This document shows positions 10,453 to 20,299 of a stretch of DNA of 64,000 bases, in pieces. The stretch is from Spirochaetota bacterium (GTDB lineage: Bacteria; Spirochaetota; UBA12135; COTS27; CBDBHE01): positions 64,001-128,000 of the forward strand of contig CBDBHE010000002.1 of NCBI GenBank assembly GCA_965205605.1, read 5' to 3'. The number at the start of each line of letters is the position of its first letter. The stretch's first letter is position 1. Below the pieces are notes generated by a model. The model made no database searches and was not told where the DNA came from. It saw nothing but the letters and a program-made list of their open reading frames with translations. The translations under genes were made by a program, and so were the position numbers.

Positions 10453-11452
10453 AATGATTTTTCTTGAACAAGCCGTTGAAAAAAATCCTTTTGCTATTAA
10501 AATTTTAAATTATTTTTCAAAAATTCCTGTCAAAAAAATAGATAAACTAGAAAACATTTTTGAAGCTGTTAAACGTCCTTATTTGAACAAAAGAGAAGGG
10601 TTGCAACTTTTTATAGGAGAAAAAAAAGGTCAGTTAATTAAAGAAACTCCAGAAGCATATGGGCATTTAGAAGGCAAACATTTTTACTTTATTCATGCTT
10701 ATAACTGCATTTATGAGTGTGAATATTGTTATTTACAAGGTTATTTTAATTCTCCAGATCTTGTGTTATTTGTTAATCATAACGACATTATAGGGGAAAT
10801 GGAAAAGCTTGTTGAGCTTAACCCTAAAGACAAGTTTGTTTTTCATGCAGGTGAGTTTAGTGATTCTTTGGCACTTTCTCATATCACTAAAGAATGGGAA
10901 TTGTATTGGGATTTTTTTTCTAAATATCAAGATAGAGCTTTTCTTGAGCTTAGAACCAAAAGTAACAACATTAAAGCCATTGAAAATTTACCTTCGTTTT
11001 CAAATGTAACCATTGGCTTTTCGATTTCTTCTCAAAAAAGCATTTCTTTGTTTGATCGAAAAACACCCTCTTTGAAGGCTCGATTGCAAGCAATTGAGAT
11101 TTTAAATTCAAAAGGATTTAAAATTGGCTTTCATTTTGATCCAATTATTTTAAGTCCAGATTTTTTAACAGAATACCAGCAGTTAATACAGGCGATTTTA
11201 GAAATTGTTAAAGCAAAAAAAATAGCTTATTTTTCTTTAGGAGTCGTCCGTTTTACAAAAAAAGTTTATCGAGAGGTTATTAACAATTACCCCAAGAGTG
11301 AGTTTATGAAGCAAAATATGGTAAAAAATGATGGGATGATTCGTTACCCATATGATGTTAGAATGTTTACTTTAAATCAAATAAAAAAGAAACTTTTGCA
11401 AAAAGGAATCAGCGAAAAACAAATTTATTTTTGTATGGAAAAAAGTCATTAA
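10445..11452 (+). CDS. spore photoproduct lyase family radical SAM protein
   Basis: NCIYECEYCYLQG (CxxxCxxC), GEFSDSLAL, ELRTKS, GFHFDPII, YFCME motifs of the SplB family. Confidence 0.9.
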   Translation: MIEMIFLEQAVEKNPFAIKILNYFSKIPVKKIDKLENIFEAVKRPYLNKREGLQLFIGEKKGQLIKETPEAYGHLEGKHFYFIHAYNCIYECEYCYLQGYFNSPDLVLFVNHNDIIGEMEKLVELNPKDKFVFHAGEFSDSLALSHITKEWELYWDFFSKYQDRAFLELRTKSNNIKAIENLPSFSNVTIGFSISSQKSISLFDRKTPSLKARLQAIEILNSKGFKIGFHFDPIILSPDFLTEYQQLIQAILEIVKAKKIAYFSLGVVRFTKKVYREVINNYPKSEFMKQNMVKNDGMIRYPYDVRMFTLNQIKKKLLQKGISEKQIYFCMEKSH

Positions 11453-12735
11453 TCCATTTGCCCTGTTGCTTCTAAAACATTAAACCATAAAGTCCCTTTA
11501 GGATTCATTCGTTTGATGATATCTGTTAGAGCTCGCATTGGAATGTGTGTCATAACCCCATGCCAATAACCGATCAGCATAGAAGTTTTTCCTGCCATTC
11601 CAGCATGAACAGCATTTTGAGCGAGCCTGAAACAAAAATTCCTATCACTCGTGTTAGCGGCTGCCGATCGAATAATGTAACTAGGATCAATATACTTTAA
11701 AGCTAAAAGAGTTTTAGTTTTTTTAAAATGTTCTCCTATTTTTTTTTTAAGATACAGCCCAATATCACCTAGTTTTTTATTTCCAGAATCATCTTTGCCT
11801 CTAGACTTTATATTCAAATGCCTTTGACCTGCTCCTTCAGCAACCACAATCAGTGCATTTCCTTTTTTCTTAAGAAGGTTTTTTAAATGAAGATACAGGC
11901 CTTCAGATCCTTCTAAATTAAAAAGCACTTCTGGTACAAGGCAAATATCCACATCCCCTGTAGAAACAGTTGTATTTGCTGCAATAAAACCAGTGTGCCT
12001 TCCCATCAGTCTCACAAGGCCAACTCCATTTTTGTGACCTTTGGCTTCTTCGTAAGCTGAAGAAACAACATTTTCTGCTTTTTCAACAGCGGTATCAAAT
12101 CCAAATGATCTCCTTACATAAGGAATATCATTATCAATTGTTTTAGGAATTCCAATAATAGAAATATTTAATTTCCTTCTTTCAATTTCTTTTGAAATTT
12201 TCAAGGCTCCTCTCATCGTTCCGTCTCCTCCAATAGTGAAGAGAATACTGATTTTATGTTTTTTTAAACTATCGACGATTTCTTCAATAGAAGGCGTTCC
12301 TCTTGAAGTCCCTAAAATGGTACCTCCTTGCCTATGAATTCCTTCAATACTTTTACGATTGATTACAATAATTTCTCCATTTTTACCTAACCCTTGGTAT
12401 CCATATCTCACACCTAAAACATTTTTAACTTGATATCGTTCCCAAAGTTGGTGACAAATCCCTCGAATGACAGCATTGAGTCCAGGACACAAGCCCCCAC
12501 AAGTTACAATGGCTGCTTTTATTTTTTTAGGATTAAAGTAAATCTTTTTTCGAGGACCGGCTTGTTCAAAACTACTTGGGATTTCACTTTCTTTAAAATA
12601 TTTCTGATTAAATTTAAGAGATATTGTCTCTAAAATTCGATCATTTTCATTAATATAGTTGATATCCGAATGCATCTTAATCGGATTTATAATTTTCGCC
12701 TCTCCAAGTTTTTTGACAAAAAAATCATGATTCAT
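11449..12735 (-). CDS. pfkA: 6-phosphofructokinase (PfkA family)
   Basis: TCGGLCPGLN, GGTILGTSRG, IGGDGT, PKTIDND, LMGR, YIDPSYIIRS. Confidence 0.93.
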   Translation of the reverse strand: MNHDFFVKKLGEAKIINPIKMHSDINYINENDRILETISLKFNQKYFKESEIPSSFEQAGPRKKIYFNPKKIKAAIVTCGGLCPGLNAVIRGICHQLWERYQVKNVLGVRYGYQGLGKNGEIIVINRKSIEGIHRQGGTILGTSRGTPSIEEIVDSLKKHKISILFTIGGDGTMRGALKISKEIERRKLNISIIGIPKTIDNDIPYVRRSFGFDTAVEKAENVVSSAYEEAKGHKNGVGLVRLMGRHTGFIAANTTVSTGDVDICLVPEVLFNLEGSEGLYLHLKNLLKKKGNALIVVAEGAGQRHLNIKSRGKDDSGNKKLGDIGLYLKKKIGEHFKKTKTLLALKYIDPSYIIRSAAANTSDRNFCFRLAQNAVHAGMAGKTSMLIGYWHGVMTHIPMRALTDIIKRMNPKGTLWFNVLEATGQMD

Positions 12736-12747
12736 CTTAATTAATTC

Positions 12748-13572
12748 TTAAGGCTTCCTTTTAAATTTTGAAAAATTAGGCTTCCTTTTTTCTAGAAAAG
12801 CATTTTTTCCTTCTTGTCCTTCTTCAGTCATATAGTAAAGCATGGTGGCATTGCCGGCTAGTTCTTGAAGACCATATTGTCCATCACAGTCAGCGTTAAG
12901 CGCTGACTTTAAACATCGAATCGCTATAGGAGAGCGCTCTAAAATTTCCTTGCACCATTTAATTGTTTCTTCTTCTAGCTTTTCATAAGTAACTACAGTA
13001 TTGATCATTCCCATTTCCAAAGCTTCCCTAGCACTGTATTGTCTACATAAAAACCAAATTTCTCTTGCTTTTTTTTGACCCACCATCCTTGCTAAATAAC
13101 TAGCTCCAAATCCTCCATCAAAAGAACCTACCTTAGGACCCGTTTGTCCAAAAATAGCATTTTCAGATGCAATGGTCAAATCACAAACCACTTGTAAAAC
13201 ATGTCCCCCTCCAATGGAGTACCCGTTTACCATAGCAATCACAGGCTTTGGACAACTTCTAATTTGTTTTTGAAACTCTAAAATATTTAAATGCATTACG
13301 CCTTTACTATCTTTATATCCTGCCTCACCTCTTATCTTTTGGTCCCCTCCAGAGCAAAAAGCTTTTTTTCCACTTCCTGTTAAAATAACCACTCCTATCC
13401 TTTCATCAAGTCGTGCTTCTCTTAAGGCTTCTATCATTTCTTCTACAGTTAAAGGACGAAAGGCATTCCTAACTTCTTCTCGATTAATCGTTATTTTGGC
13501 AATCCCTTCTGAGCATTTTTCATATTTTATATCGGTATAAATTTTTGCAGACTTCCAATTTACAGCACTCAT
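12748..13572 (-). CDS. menB: 1,4-dihydroxy-2-naphthoyl-CoA synthase
   Basis: [43 protein letters not shown]. Confidence 0.97.
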   Translation of the reverse strand: MSAVNWKSAKIYTDIKYEKCSEGIAKITINREEVRNAFRPLTVEEMIEALREARLDERIGVVILTGSGKKAFCSGGDQKIRGEAGYKDSKGVMHLNILEFQKQIRSCPKPVIAMVNGYSIGGGHVLQVVCDLTIASENAIFGQTGPKVGSFDGGFGASYLARMVGQKKAREIWFLCRQYSAREALEMGMINTVVTYEKLEEETIKWCKEILERSPIAIRCLKSALNADCDGQYGLQELAGNATMLYYMTEEGQEGKNAFLEKRKPNFSKFKRKP

Positions 13573-13687
13573 TTCAATTTCCTTTCTAGAGTTTCTTCTC
13601 CTCTAATTAGCTTATGATTATCTATTGAATTATCATTATTTTCAATCTCTTTTGTTTTACAAATAAAAAACAAAATTACTCTAAACA

Positions 13688-15379
13688 CTAAAGTTCTTTA
13701 TTAATTTCTCTTTTGATTTGAGCACTTTTTTTGGCATTAATTTCTATTTCAACAACACATAATTTTTTTTGTTTTAAAATTAATATTAATACTTCATCAA
13801 GTTTTTCTAAAGATTTAATATGAAAATAAGAAATTTGTAAAAAATTTTCTACAAAATTAAATTGATAATTATGTTTACAAAAAAGCCAGTCTTCTTTTTC
13901 TTTAAAAAATTCAAAAATAGGTAAGTTTCTAAAAATATAACCTCCTTGATTGTTGATAATAAATAAAGCACTTTTAGGGAGTGTGTTTTTAAAAAGAGTG
14001 ATCGAATTTAAATCATGTAAAAAAGATAAATCTCCCAAAACAGCCCAAATAGGCTTTTTTAAACCATCACTCACGCCACTTGCTGTTGCAAGTAATCCAT
14101 CGATCCCACTTGCTCCTCGATTGGCATAAACCTTCGTTTTTAATAAATTACTTTTAGTAAAATAATCCATATCTCGAATAGGAGAACTATTACCTACAAA
14201 AAGAGAAATTTCAGATGGGCAGTTTTTTATCAGTGAGTTTGCAAGACTTATTTCATTAAGTGTTGTTTCTGTTTTTTTTTTGATCATTGCTTCAATTTTT
14301 TTTTCTTCTTTTTTGATACCAGTAATTAAGTCTTCATTTTTTTTTTCAGAGCTCATTGATGAGATAAAATTTTTTAAAAACAAATCTTCACAAAGATTAA
14401 TTTTATCTGTTACTAGACTTGCGGGGTCTTGTTGGATTTGTGTGAAATCATTGATTTGTAAGTAGGTTTTGGGTTGATTTTCTTTTAAAAAAACCAGTAG
14501 TTGTTTAGAAACAAAACTTCCTCCCAAGTGAATAATAGTATCTATTTTTATTTTTTTATTTTTTAATAATAATTCGTGATAATTTAGACAAAGATTTTTT
14601 TCAACAAGATGTCTTGAAAAACTTGCTATATCTGAAATAATTGGCCAATTTAATTTTTGACAAAAGGTTTTTAATATTTTTTCATTTTGGTAAGGAAATT
14701 CTTTTTTCCCTAAAATCAAAACTCCTTTTTTAGTTTTTTGAATTTTGTTTTTTACAAAATTTTCAATTTCATTTGTTTGACAATTAGTTTGATAATAAAC
14801 AGTTTTTGGGGATTTATTTGATTTAATCAAATCAGTTGTTGTATTTTTTTTTGAGTCAAAAAGAGGTTCTCTTAAAGGGACATTAAGGTGAATGGGACCT
14901 TTTTTTAAGCATTCTTGATGAAGCCAGCTTAATTTAGATCGCAGTTGTTTTTTTGAAACTTCTTCACTAGGAATGGGTAATTGGATAAAATGATGGACAT
15001 AATTTCCAAAAATTTTTATTTGATCGATCGTTTGATTAGCCCCACTTTTAACCAACTCCAAAGGTCTGTCAGCTGTCATTATAAAAAGAGGTAACTTAGA
15101 TTGAAAAGCTTCAATAACAGTAGGAAAAAAATTAGCAACAGCAGTCCCAGAAGTGCTAATAATGCAACTGACTTTTTGACTCCCTTTAAGATACCCTAAG
15201 GCATAAAAACCAAGTCCTCTTTCATCAAAATGAATGTTTGCTTTTGCTAAAGAATCTTCTAAAATAGCATGAATAATCGGACTGTTTCTTGAGCCAGGAG
15301 CAAAAAAAAAATCGGTTGTACCACATGTTACAAGTTCGTCTACAATTGTTTGACACCAATTATAATTGTTTGTTAGCAC
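13688..15379 (-). CDS. menD: SEPHCHC synthase
   Basis: PGSRNSP, HFDERGLGF, TSGTAVAN, TADRP, GANQTIDQ, NRGASGIDG, GDLSFLHDLN. Confidence 0.96.
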   Translation of the reverse strand: MLTNNYNWCQTIVDELVTCGTTDFFFAPGSRNSPIIHAILEDSLAKANIHFDERGLGFYALGYLKGSQKVSCIISTSGTAVANFFPTVIEAFQSKLPLFIMTADRPLELVKSGANQTIDQIKIFGNYVHHFIQLPIPSEEVSKKQLRSKLSWLHQECLKKGPIHLNVPLREPLFDSKKNTTTDLIKSNKSPKTVYYQTNCQTNEIENFVKNKIQKTKKGVLILGKKEFPYQNEKILKTFCQKLNWPIISDIASFSRHLVEKNLCLNYHELLLKNKKIKIDTIIHLGGSFVSKQLLVFLKENQPKTYLQINDFTQIQQDPASLVTDKINLCEDLFLKNFISSMSSEKKNEDLITGIKKEEKKIEAMIKKKTETTLNEISLANSLIKNCPSEISLFVGNSSPIRDMDYFTKSNLLKTKVYANRGASGIDGLLATASGVSDGLKKPIWAVLGDLSFLHDLNSITLFKNTLPKSALFIINNQGGYIFRNLPIFEFFKEKEDWLFCKHNYQFNFVENFLQISYFHIKSLEKLDEVLILILKQKKLCVVEIEINAKKSAQIKREINKEL

Positions 15380-16095
15380 TTGTTATTTTTTTCTCCTAGA
15401 TAAATACTAGCAATCCCAAAGGTTAGGGGTATTTGTCGACACTTGGTAAACCCTGCTTTTTCCATAAGGTTAACAAACTTCCACCCATAACTAAAACTCT
15501 CTACACTTTCATTTAAGTATAAATACGCTTCTGAATTTCCTGAAAAAAAAGCTCCTATTTTAGGTAATATTTTTCTAAAATAAAAAAGGTAAAAAAAACG
15601 TACTGTTTTTTTAAAAGGGATTGAAAATTCTAAAACAATTGTCCTACCTTCAAATTTCAAAACTCGATACTGTTCCTTGAGTGCTTTTAGAGGCTCGGGG
15701 GTATTTCTAATGCCAAAAGCAATAGTTGTTAAATCATACGTGTTGTTTTTAAAAGGTAAGTTAACAGCATCGGCTACTTTTGTTGATGCAATATGATTTA
15801 ATTTTGCTCTTTTTATTTTTTTTTCTCCCTCAAAAAGCATATTTTCAGCAAGATCAACGCCAAGTGCTTTCTTGATTTTTTTTGAATTTTTAATTAAAGC
15901 AATCATCAAATCACAAGTCCCTGTTGCGATATCTAAGTAAATCAAATCCTTTTTTTTAGATAAATATTGTTTGACCTGCTGTCTCCAAAAAATATCTTGC
16001 CCAAAAGATAAAAAGTGATTTAAAAAATCATATCTTTTTGAAATTAAATTAAAAAGTTTCCAAGATTCTTTTTTTTTAATGATATTTTTTTTCAT
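15373..16095 (-). CDS. menG: demethylmenaquinone methyltransferase
   Basis: YDFLNHFLSFG, LDIATGT, IAFGIRN, LEFS, AYLYLNES, LTFGIA (UbiE/MenG family); first gene of the men cluster. Confidence 0.9.
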   Translation of the reverse strand: MKKNIIKKKESWKLFNLISKRYDFLNHFLSFGQDIFWRQQVKQYLSKKKDLIYLDIATGTCDLMIALIKNSKKIKKALGVDLAENMLFEGEKKIKRAKLNHIASTKVADAVNLPFKNNTYDLTTIAFGIRNTPEPLKALKEQYRVLKFEGRTIVLEFSIPFKKTVRFFYLFYFRKILPKIGAFFSGNSEAYLYLNESVESFSYGWKFVNLMEKAGFTKCRQIPLTFGIASIYLGEKNNKC

Positions 16096-16210
16096 AAGAG
16101 ATAGGTTTTTATTTTATCATTATGATTCTAAAATCTTTTTTGAATTTTTCTTGATAATAAAAATCATGATAATCTTTTAAAATAAAAATTTTTAGGAGTT
16201 AGTAGTATTA

Positions 16211-17062
16211 ATGGCAATTTTAATTGGAATGTTTCCAGGTCAAGGTTCTCAAAAAAAAGGCATGGGAGAAGACCTTTTCGATCTTTTTTCAAAAGAAGTT
16301 AAAGCAATTGATGACTTCTTAGGTTACTCTATTAAAGAGCTTTGTACTCAAGACCCAAACAATGTTTTAAATCAAACTTGTTATACTCAAGTAGCTCTTT
16401 ATGTTATTAGTGCTTTAGAGTTTTTAAAAAAACAAAAAAAAAATCATAGAAATTTTGATTATTTTATTGGTCATAGCTTAGGAGAATACAATGCTCTTTT
16501 TGCTTCTGGAGCTTTTGATTTAATGACCGGTCTTGCTTTGGTCCAAAAAAGAGGGGAGTTAATGTTTAAAATCAAAGAAGGGGGTATGGCAGCTGTTATT
16601 GGTTTGGAAGAAAAAACGATTCAGTCTGTTTTACAAGAATATTCTAGCAAAGGAACTATTGAGATCGCTAACCACAATTCTCTCAACCAAATTGTTATTT
16701 CAGGGGACAAAACTTTAATTGAGGAATTAGCCCTTGTTTTTACTGAAAAAGGAGCAAAGCGTTATATTCCTTTAAACGTCAGCGGGGCATTTCATTCAAG
16801 CTATATGAAACAATCTGCAAAAGAATACGCTATTTTTTTAGATACGATTTCAATTGATTTCCCTAAAGTCCCTGTAATTGCTAATGTGGATGCTAAGCCT
16901 TATGAAAATAATTTAGCGGCTATTAAAAAAAAACTTGTGGAGCAAATAAATCACCCTGTCTTATGGGTACAAACTATTTTAGATTTAAAAAACAAAGGGG
17001 AATGCTTTTTTGAAGAAATCGGTCATGGTAAAGTTTTAACCGGGCTTGTTAGAAGAATCTAA
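16211..17062 (+). CDS. malonyl-CoA:ACP transacylase (FabD/PksC-type)
   Basis: FPGQGSQ, GHSLGEYNALFA, VSGAFHS motifs. Confidence 0.92.
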   Translation: MAILIGMFPGQGSQKKGMGEDLFDLFSKEVKAIDDFLGYSIKELCTQDPNNVLNQTCYTQVALYVISALEFLKKQKKNHRNFDYFIGHSLGEYNALFASGAFDLMTGLALVQKRGELMFKIKEGGMAAVIGLEEKTIQSVLQEYSSKGTIEIANHNSLNQIVISGDKTLIEELALVFTEKGAKRYIPLNVSGAFHSSYMKQSAKEYAIFLDTISIDFPKVPVIANVDAKPYENNLAAIKKKLVEQINHPVLWVQTILDLKNKGECFFEEIGHGKVLTGLVRRI

Positions 17063-17796
17063 GTAAAAAATAACTCTAAATTTTTATTAATAAGATTTGT
17101 TTTCTTAGGCAAGCAAATTGACAACACATTCTCATCAAAATTAAAACTATACGCTTTTAATTGAAAAAAATTGGTAAAAAAGCTTTCATATTTGTTTTCT
17201 TTTTTTTTCATCTTACTTACTTCCCATATTTTGTAGGGTGTTGTAAACCCACACCTTAATGTTTTAGAGACAGCTTCTTTAATAGACCAAAGGATATTTG
17301 CCATAACCACCTCTGTTTCTTCTTTTTGTTGTTTAATCAAATCAAGCTCGTTTTTAGTCAGAATTCGTTTGTATATTTTTTCTTTTTGTTTTTTTTCCTC
17401 TAAATCAATTCCCATAGGATGACCAGATTGAAACACTAAAGCACAAATGTGAGACTTGGTGTGTGTAATAGAAACTTCATAAGGATTATTTAAGCAAGTA
17501 TGAATGATTGGATAAGTGAAAATTCCATTTTTGATAGCAGTCTTTTTCATTTTAATTTTAGGTTCCATGTTTTGTAAGGCAATTTTACAAATAAACCGAC
17601 TCGCCATAAATTTCTTTTTTCCTTCAAATAAAGAAATGTTTTTTATTTTTTTCTTTTCATAAGGGTGTAGGTGTTTTTCAATTTCTTTAAAAGGGATTTT
17701 GTCTATTGTACTTGATATTAAAATAGCTTTGGGGGTTTGGTCTTTTCTTGAAAGAGATAGCGAGGTTATTTTTAAACTATTTTTCCAAGATTCCAT
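17059..17796 (-). CDS. Sfp-type 4'-phosphopantetheinyl transferase
   Basis: VSITHT, HPMGIDLE, LWSIKEAVSK motifs. Confidence 0.88.
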   Translation of the reverse strand: MESWKNSLKITSLSLSRKDQTPKAILISSTIDKIPFKEIEKHLHPYEKKKIKNISLFEGKKKFMASRFICKIALQNMEPKIKMKKTAIKNGIFTYPIIHTCLNNPYEVSITHTKSHICALVFQSGHPMGIDLEEKKQKEKIYKRILTKNELDLIKQQKEETEVVMANILWSIKEAVSKTLRCGFTTPYKIWEVSKMKKKENKYESFFTNFFQLKAYSFNFDENVLSICLPKKTNLINKNLELFFT

Positions 17797-17834
17797 TTAA
17801 GTAGTTTTGTCTTTTTTTTAACTTTATCATTATT

Positions 17835-19061
17835 TTAGCTCCAAGAATAAAATAAAGTCTCTTTTCCTTTTTTAAGGACTTCTTTTTTTTTAAGCTCTAT
17901 AAATCCACTGGCTTCACTAAGGATAGCCCAGTTTCCAGAGTTTATTATTTTTAAAGGGGTTCCAAAAAAGTGGCCTTTTATTTCTTTAGTAGAAATCAAA
18001 ATAAATTGATTAAAGGTATCTTGGCCTTTGAGTGTTTTGTCAATTTTGATGCTTTGTTGTTTATGATGGTAGCAAATTATTTTCATTAACGCTGGTTTGA
18101 TGTAGCGATAAAATAAAATAAGAGATGAAATAGGGTTTCCAGGTAGAGCAAAAAAAAGTTGATTTTTTTCCCCTATTCCAAACCAAAAAGGCTTCCCTGG
18201 TTTTTGTTTGACTCCATGAAACACTTCTTTAACTTTTGCTTCTTTTAAAGCTTGCACTGTATAATCATAGCAACCTTTTGAAACTCCTCCACTTAAAATA
18301 AAAATTTCAAATTGATCCAAAGTTTTGATAATCATTTTTTTCAATTTAATTAAATCGTCTTTTAAATGAAATACACTCGGTTTTAAAGAAGCAAAATCAT
18401 TTTTTAAAGCACTTTCAATTGCATAACTATTAGATCGATATGTTTTATATAGACAATTTTTTTGACCTGGATCGATGAGTTCATTTCCGATAGAAAAAAT
18501 AGCAACTTTTGGTGTTGATGAAACAAGGAGAGCCTCTTTTCCAATTGAGGCAGCAGTGGCTAAGTGAGGGGTTTGAATTTTTTTAGGATTTTTAAGTAAA
18601 AGTTTTTTTGGATGGTAGCTACCTTGAGTTTGAATATATTGCCCTTTGATAGGAATGTAATTTTTGTTTGTGATTGTAGCAGAGAAATTTTTAAAATTAA
18701 TATTTTCAACTGGAATAACAGTATCAGTTTTTTTTGGAAGTGGGCAACCTGTTGTGACTTCAATAAAGCTTTTTTTGTTTTTTTTTGTTAGAGGTTTTTT
18801 TCCTATTTTTTGGATACTTTCTTGAGAGAAAATGGTTGTACCTTGTTTCCAATCGTTAAAGTCAATAGCAATGCCATCCATTAAAACTTTATCATAAGGA
18901 GGCATTAAAGGAGTAAAGAGATTTTCTCTTAAAATATGACCTATGGATTTTCTTAGAGAAACAGGGAGGGGAGAGGATTTTTTTAAATTGGAAAATATTT
19001 TTTTTTCAGCAACGTTTACGGAAATAATTTTTTTTTTAAGTAAAAAAGAGCTATTTTTCAT
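17835..19061 (-). CDS. moeA: molybdopterin molybdotransferase
   Basis: PPYDKVLMDGIA, IGNEL, SGGVSKG, KPGKP, ALPGNP. Confidence 0.9.
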   Translation of the reverse strand: MKNSSFLLKKKIISVNVAEKKIFSNLKKSSPLPVSLRKSIGHILRENLFTPLMPPYDKVLMDGIAIDFNDWKQGTTIFSQESIQKIGKKPLTKKNKKSFIEVTTGCPLPKKTDTVIPVENINFKNFSATITNKNYIPIKGQYIQTQGSYHPKKLLLKNPKKIQTPHLATAASIGKEALLVSSTPKVAIFSIGNELIDPGQKNCLYKTYRSNSYAIESALKNDFASLKPSVFHLKDDLIKLKKMIIKTLDQFEIFILSGGVSKGCYDYTVQALKEAKVKEVFHGVKQKPGKPFWFGIGEKNQLFFALPGNPISSLILFYRYIKPALMKIICYHHKQQSIKIDKTLKGQDTFNQFILISTKEIKGHFFGTPLKIINSGNWAILSEASGFIELKKKEVLKKGKETLFYSWS

Positions 19062-19193
19062 TTTAAGTAAAAAAATTATAGCTTTTTAAGAAAAGAAATA
19101 GTGATTTTTAGTGATTTTTTTTAGAATAAGCAATTTTTTTCCTTATTTTTTGATTAATTTTTTTTAAAGTGTTATAATTTACGCTCTAAGTAT

Positions 19194-19266
19194 GCCCGCA
19201 TAGCTCAGTTGGTAGAGCATTTCCATGGTAAGGAAAAGGTCAGCAGTTCGACTCTGCTTGTGGGCT
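19194..19266 (+). tRNA. tRNA-Thr(GGT)
   Basis: GCCCGCATAGCTCAGTTGGTAGAGCA-TTTCC-AT-GGT-AA-GGAAA-AGGTCAGCAGTTCGACTCTGCTTGTGGGCT. Confidence 0.95.
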
Positions 19267-19322
19267 TATGGATGTTTCTGAAGGAACAAGAGATTTTTTA
19301 TAAGGATTTTTTTAATAAAAGG

Positions 19323-19396
19323 GGGCCAGTAACTCCAATTGGTAGAGTAACGGATTCCAAATCCGGCTGTTAGAGGTTCGAGTCCTCTCTGGCCCG
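19323..19396 (+). tRNA. tRNA-Trp(CCA)
   Basis: GGGCCAGTAACTCCAATTGGTAGAGTA-ACGGA-TT-CCA-AA-TCCGG..GGTTCGAGTCCTCTCTGGCCCG; canonical position before secE. Confidence 0.95.
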
Positions 19397-19413
19397 TTTT
19401 AGGTTTTAAAAAT

Positions 19414-19713
19414 ATGTTTAAAAAAATTAGAATTTTTTTAAGAGAAATAAAAACAGAACTTTTAGATAAGACAACTTGGCCTACTAAAGATGTTGTACTT
19501 AGTTCTACTATTGTGGTGATTGTTTCTATTGTGGTGGTTTCAGTGTTTCTTTTTTTAGTTGATTTTGGCGTTAGTCGCTTGGTACGTATGTTTCTTATTG
19601 AAAAAGTAAGTGAATTTAGGCCATTTTTTAATACGGCTACTTTTTTTGCTTTTATTGTGATTTCGTTTTTTTTAACAGTTTTGTTTTATAGATTTAAAAA
19701 AAGAATTGGATAA
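19414..19713 (+). CDS. secE: preprotein translocase subunit SecE
   Basis: FLREIKTEL..KTTWPTK followed by a TM; lies between tRNA-Trp and nusG. Confidence 0.9.
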   Translation: MFKKIRIFLREIKTELLDKTTWPTKDVVLSSTIVVIVSIVVVSVFLFLVDFGVSRLVRMFLIEKVSEFRPFFNTATFFAFIVISFFLTVLFYRFKKRIG

Positions 19714-19748
19714 TTTTATTTTCAAAATTTTTTTGGTTTTATTTAGTA

Positions 19749-20285
19749 ATGGAACATAAATGGTATATTATAAGGACGCATTCTGGGAAAGAATTTGCTG
19801 CAAAAAAAGCATTAGATAAAAAAATATTAGATGATAATTTTGAGGAAATTAAGGAAGTTGTTGTTCCTATTTATAAAGAGATTGTTTATAAAGATGGTAA
19901 AAAGAGAGAAGTTGAGAGAAAGTCTTTTCCGGGATATATCTATATTCATATGATTTTAGAAAAACAAGCGATTGCTTTTGTTAAGAATAGCCCTTATATT
20001 TCTGCCTTTATTCATCAAGGGGATTCTGTGCCTAGAGCTTTAAGCGACGCTGAAGCTAGAGGAATGTTTTCTAAAGAAGCGGATGAAACCTCAGATTTAA
20101 TATCTTCAGTACAAATTGATTTTGATGTGGGGCAAAAGGTTTTAATTATAGATGGGCCTTTCAATAATTTTTCAGGGACGATTAAAGAGATTTATCCAGA
20201 GAAAAGAAAAGTATGTGTGAATATTGCTATTTTTGGTCGGACGACTCCTGTTGAGATCGATTATTTTAAGGTTAAAAAGAATTAG
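19749..20285 (+). CDS. nusG: transcription factor NusG
   Basis: [34 protein letters not shown]. Confidence 0.97.
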   Translation: MEHKWYIIRTHSGKEFAAKKALDKKILDDNFEEIKEVVVPIYKEIVYKDGKKREVERKSFPGYIYIHMILEKQAIAFVKNSPYISAFIHQGDSVPRALSDAEARGMFSKEADETSDLISSVQIDFDVGQKVLIIDGPFNNFSGTIKEIYPEKRKVCVNIAIFGRTTPVEIDYFKVKKN

Positions 20286-20299
20286 ATTTAGGAAAGACA

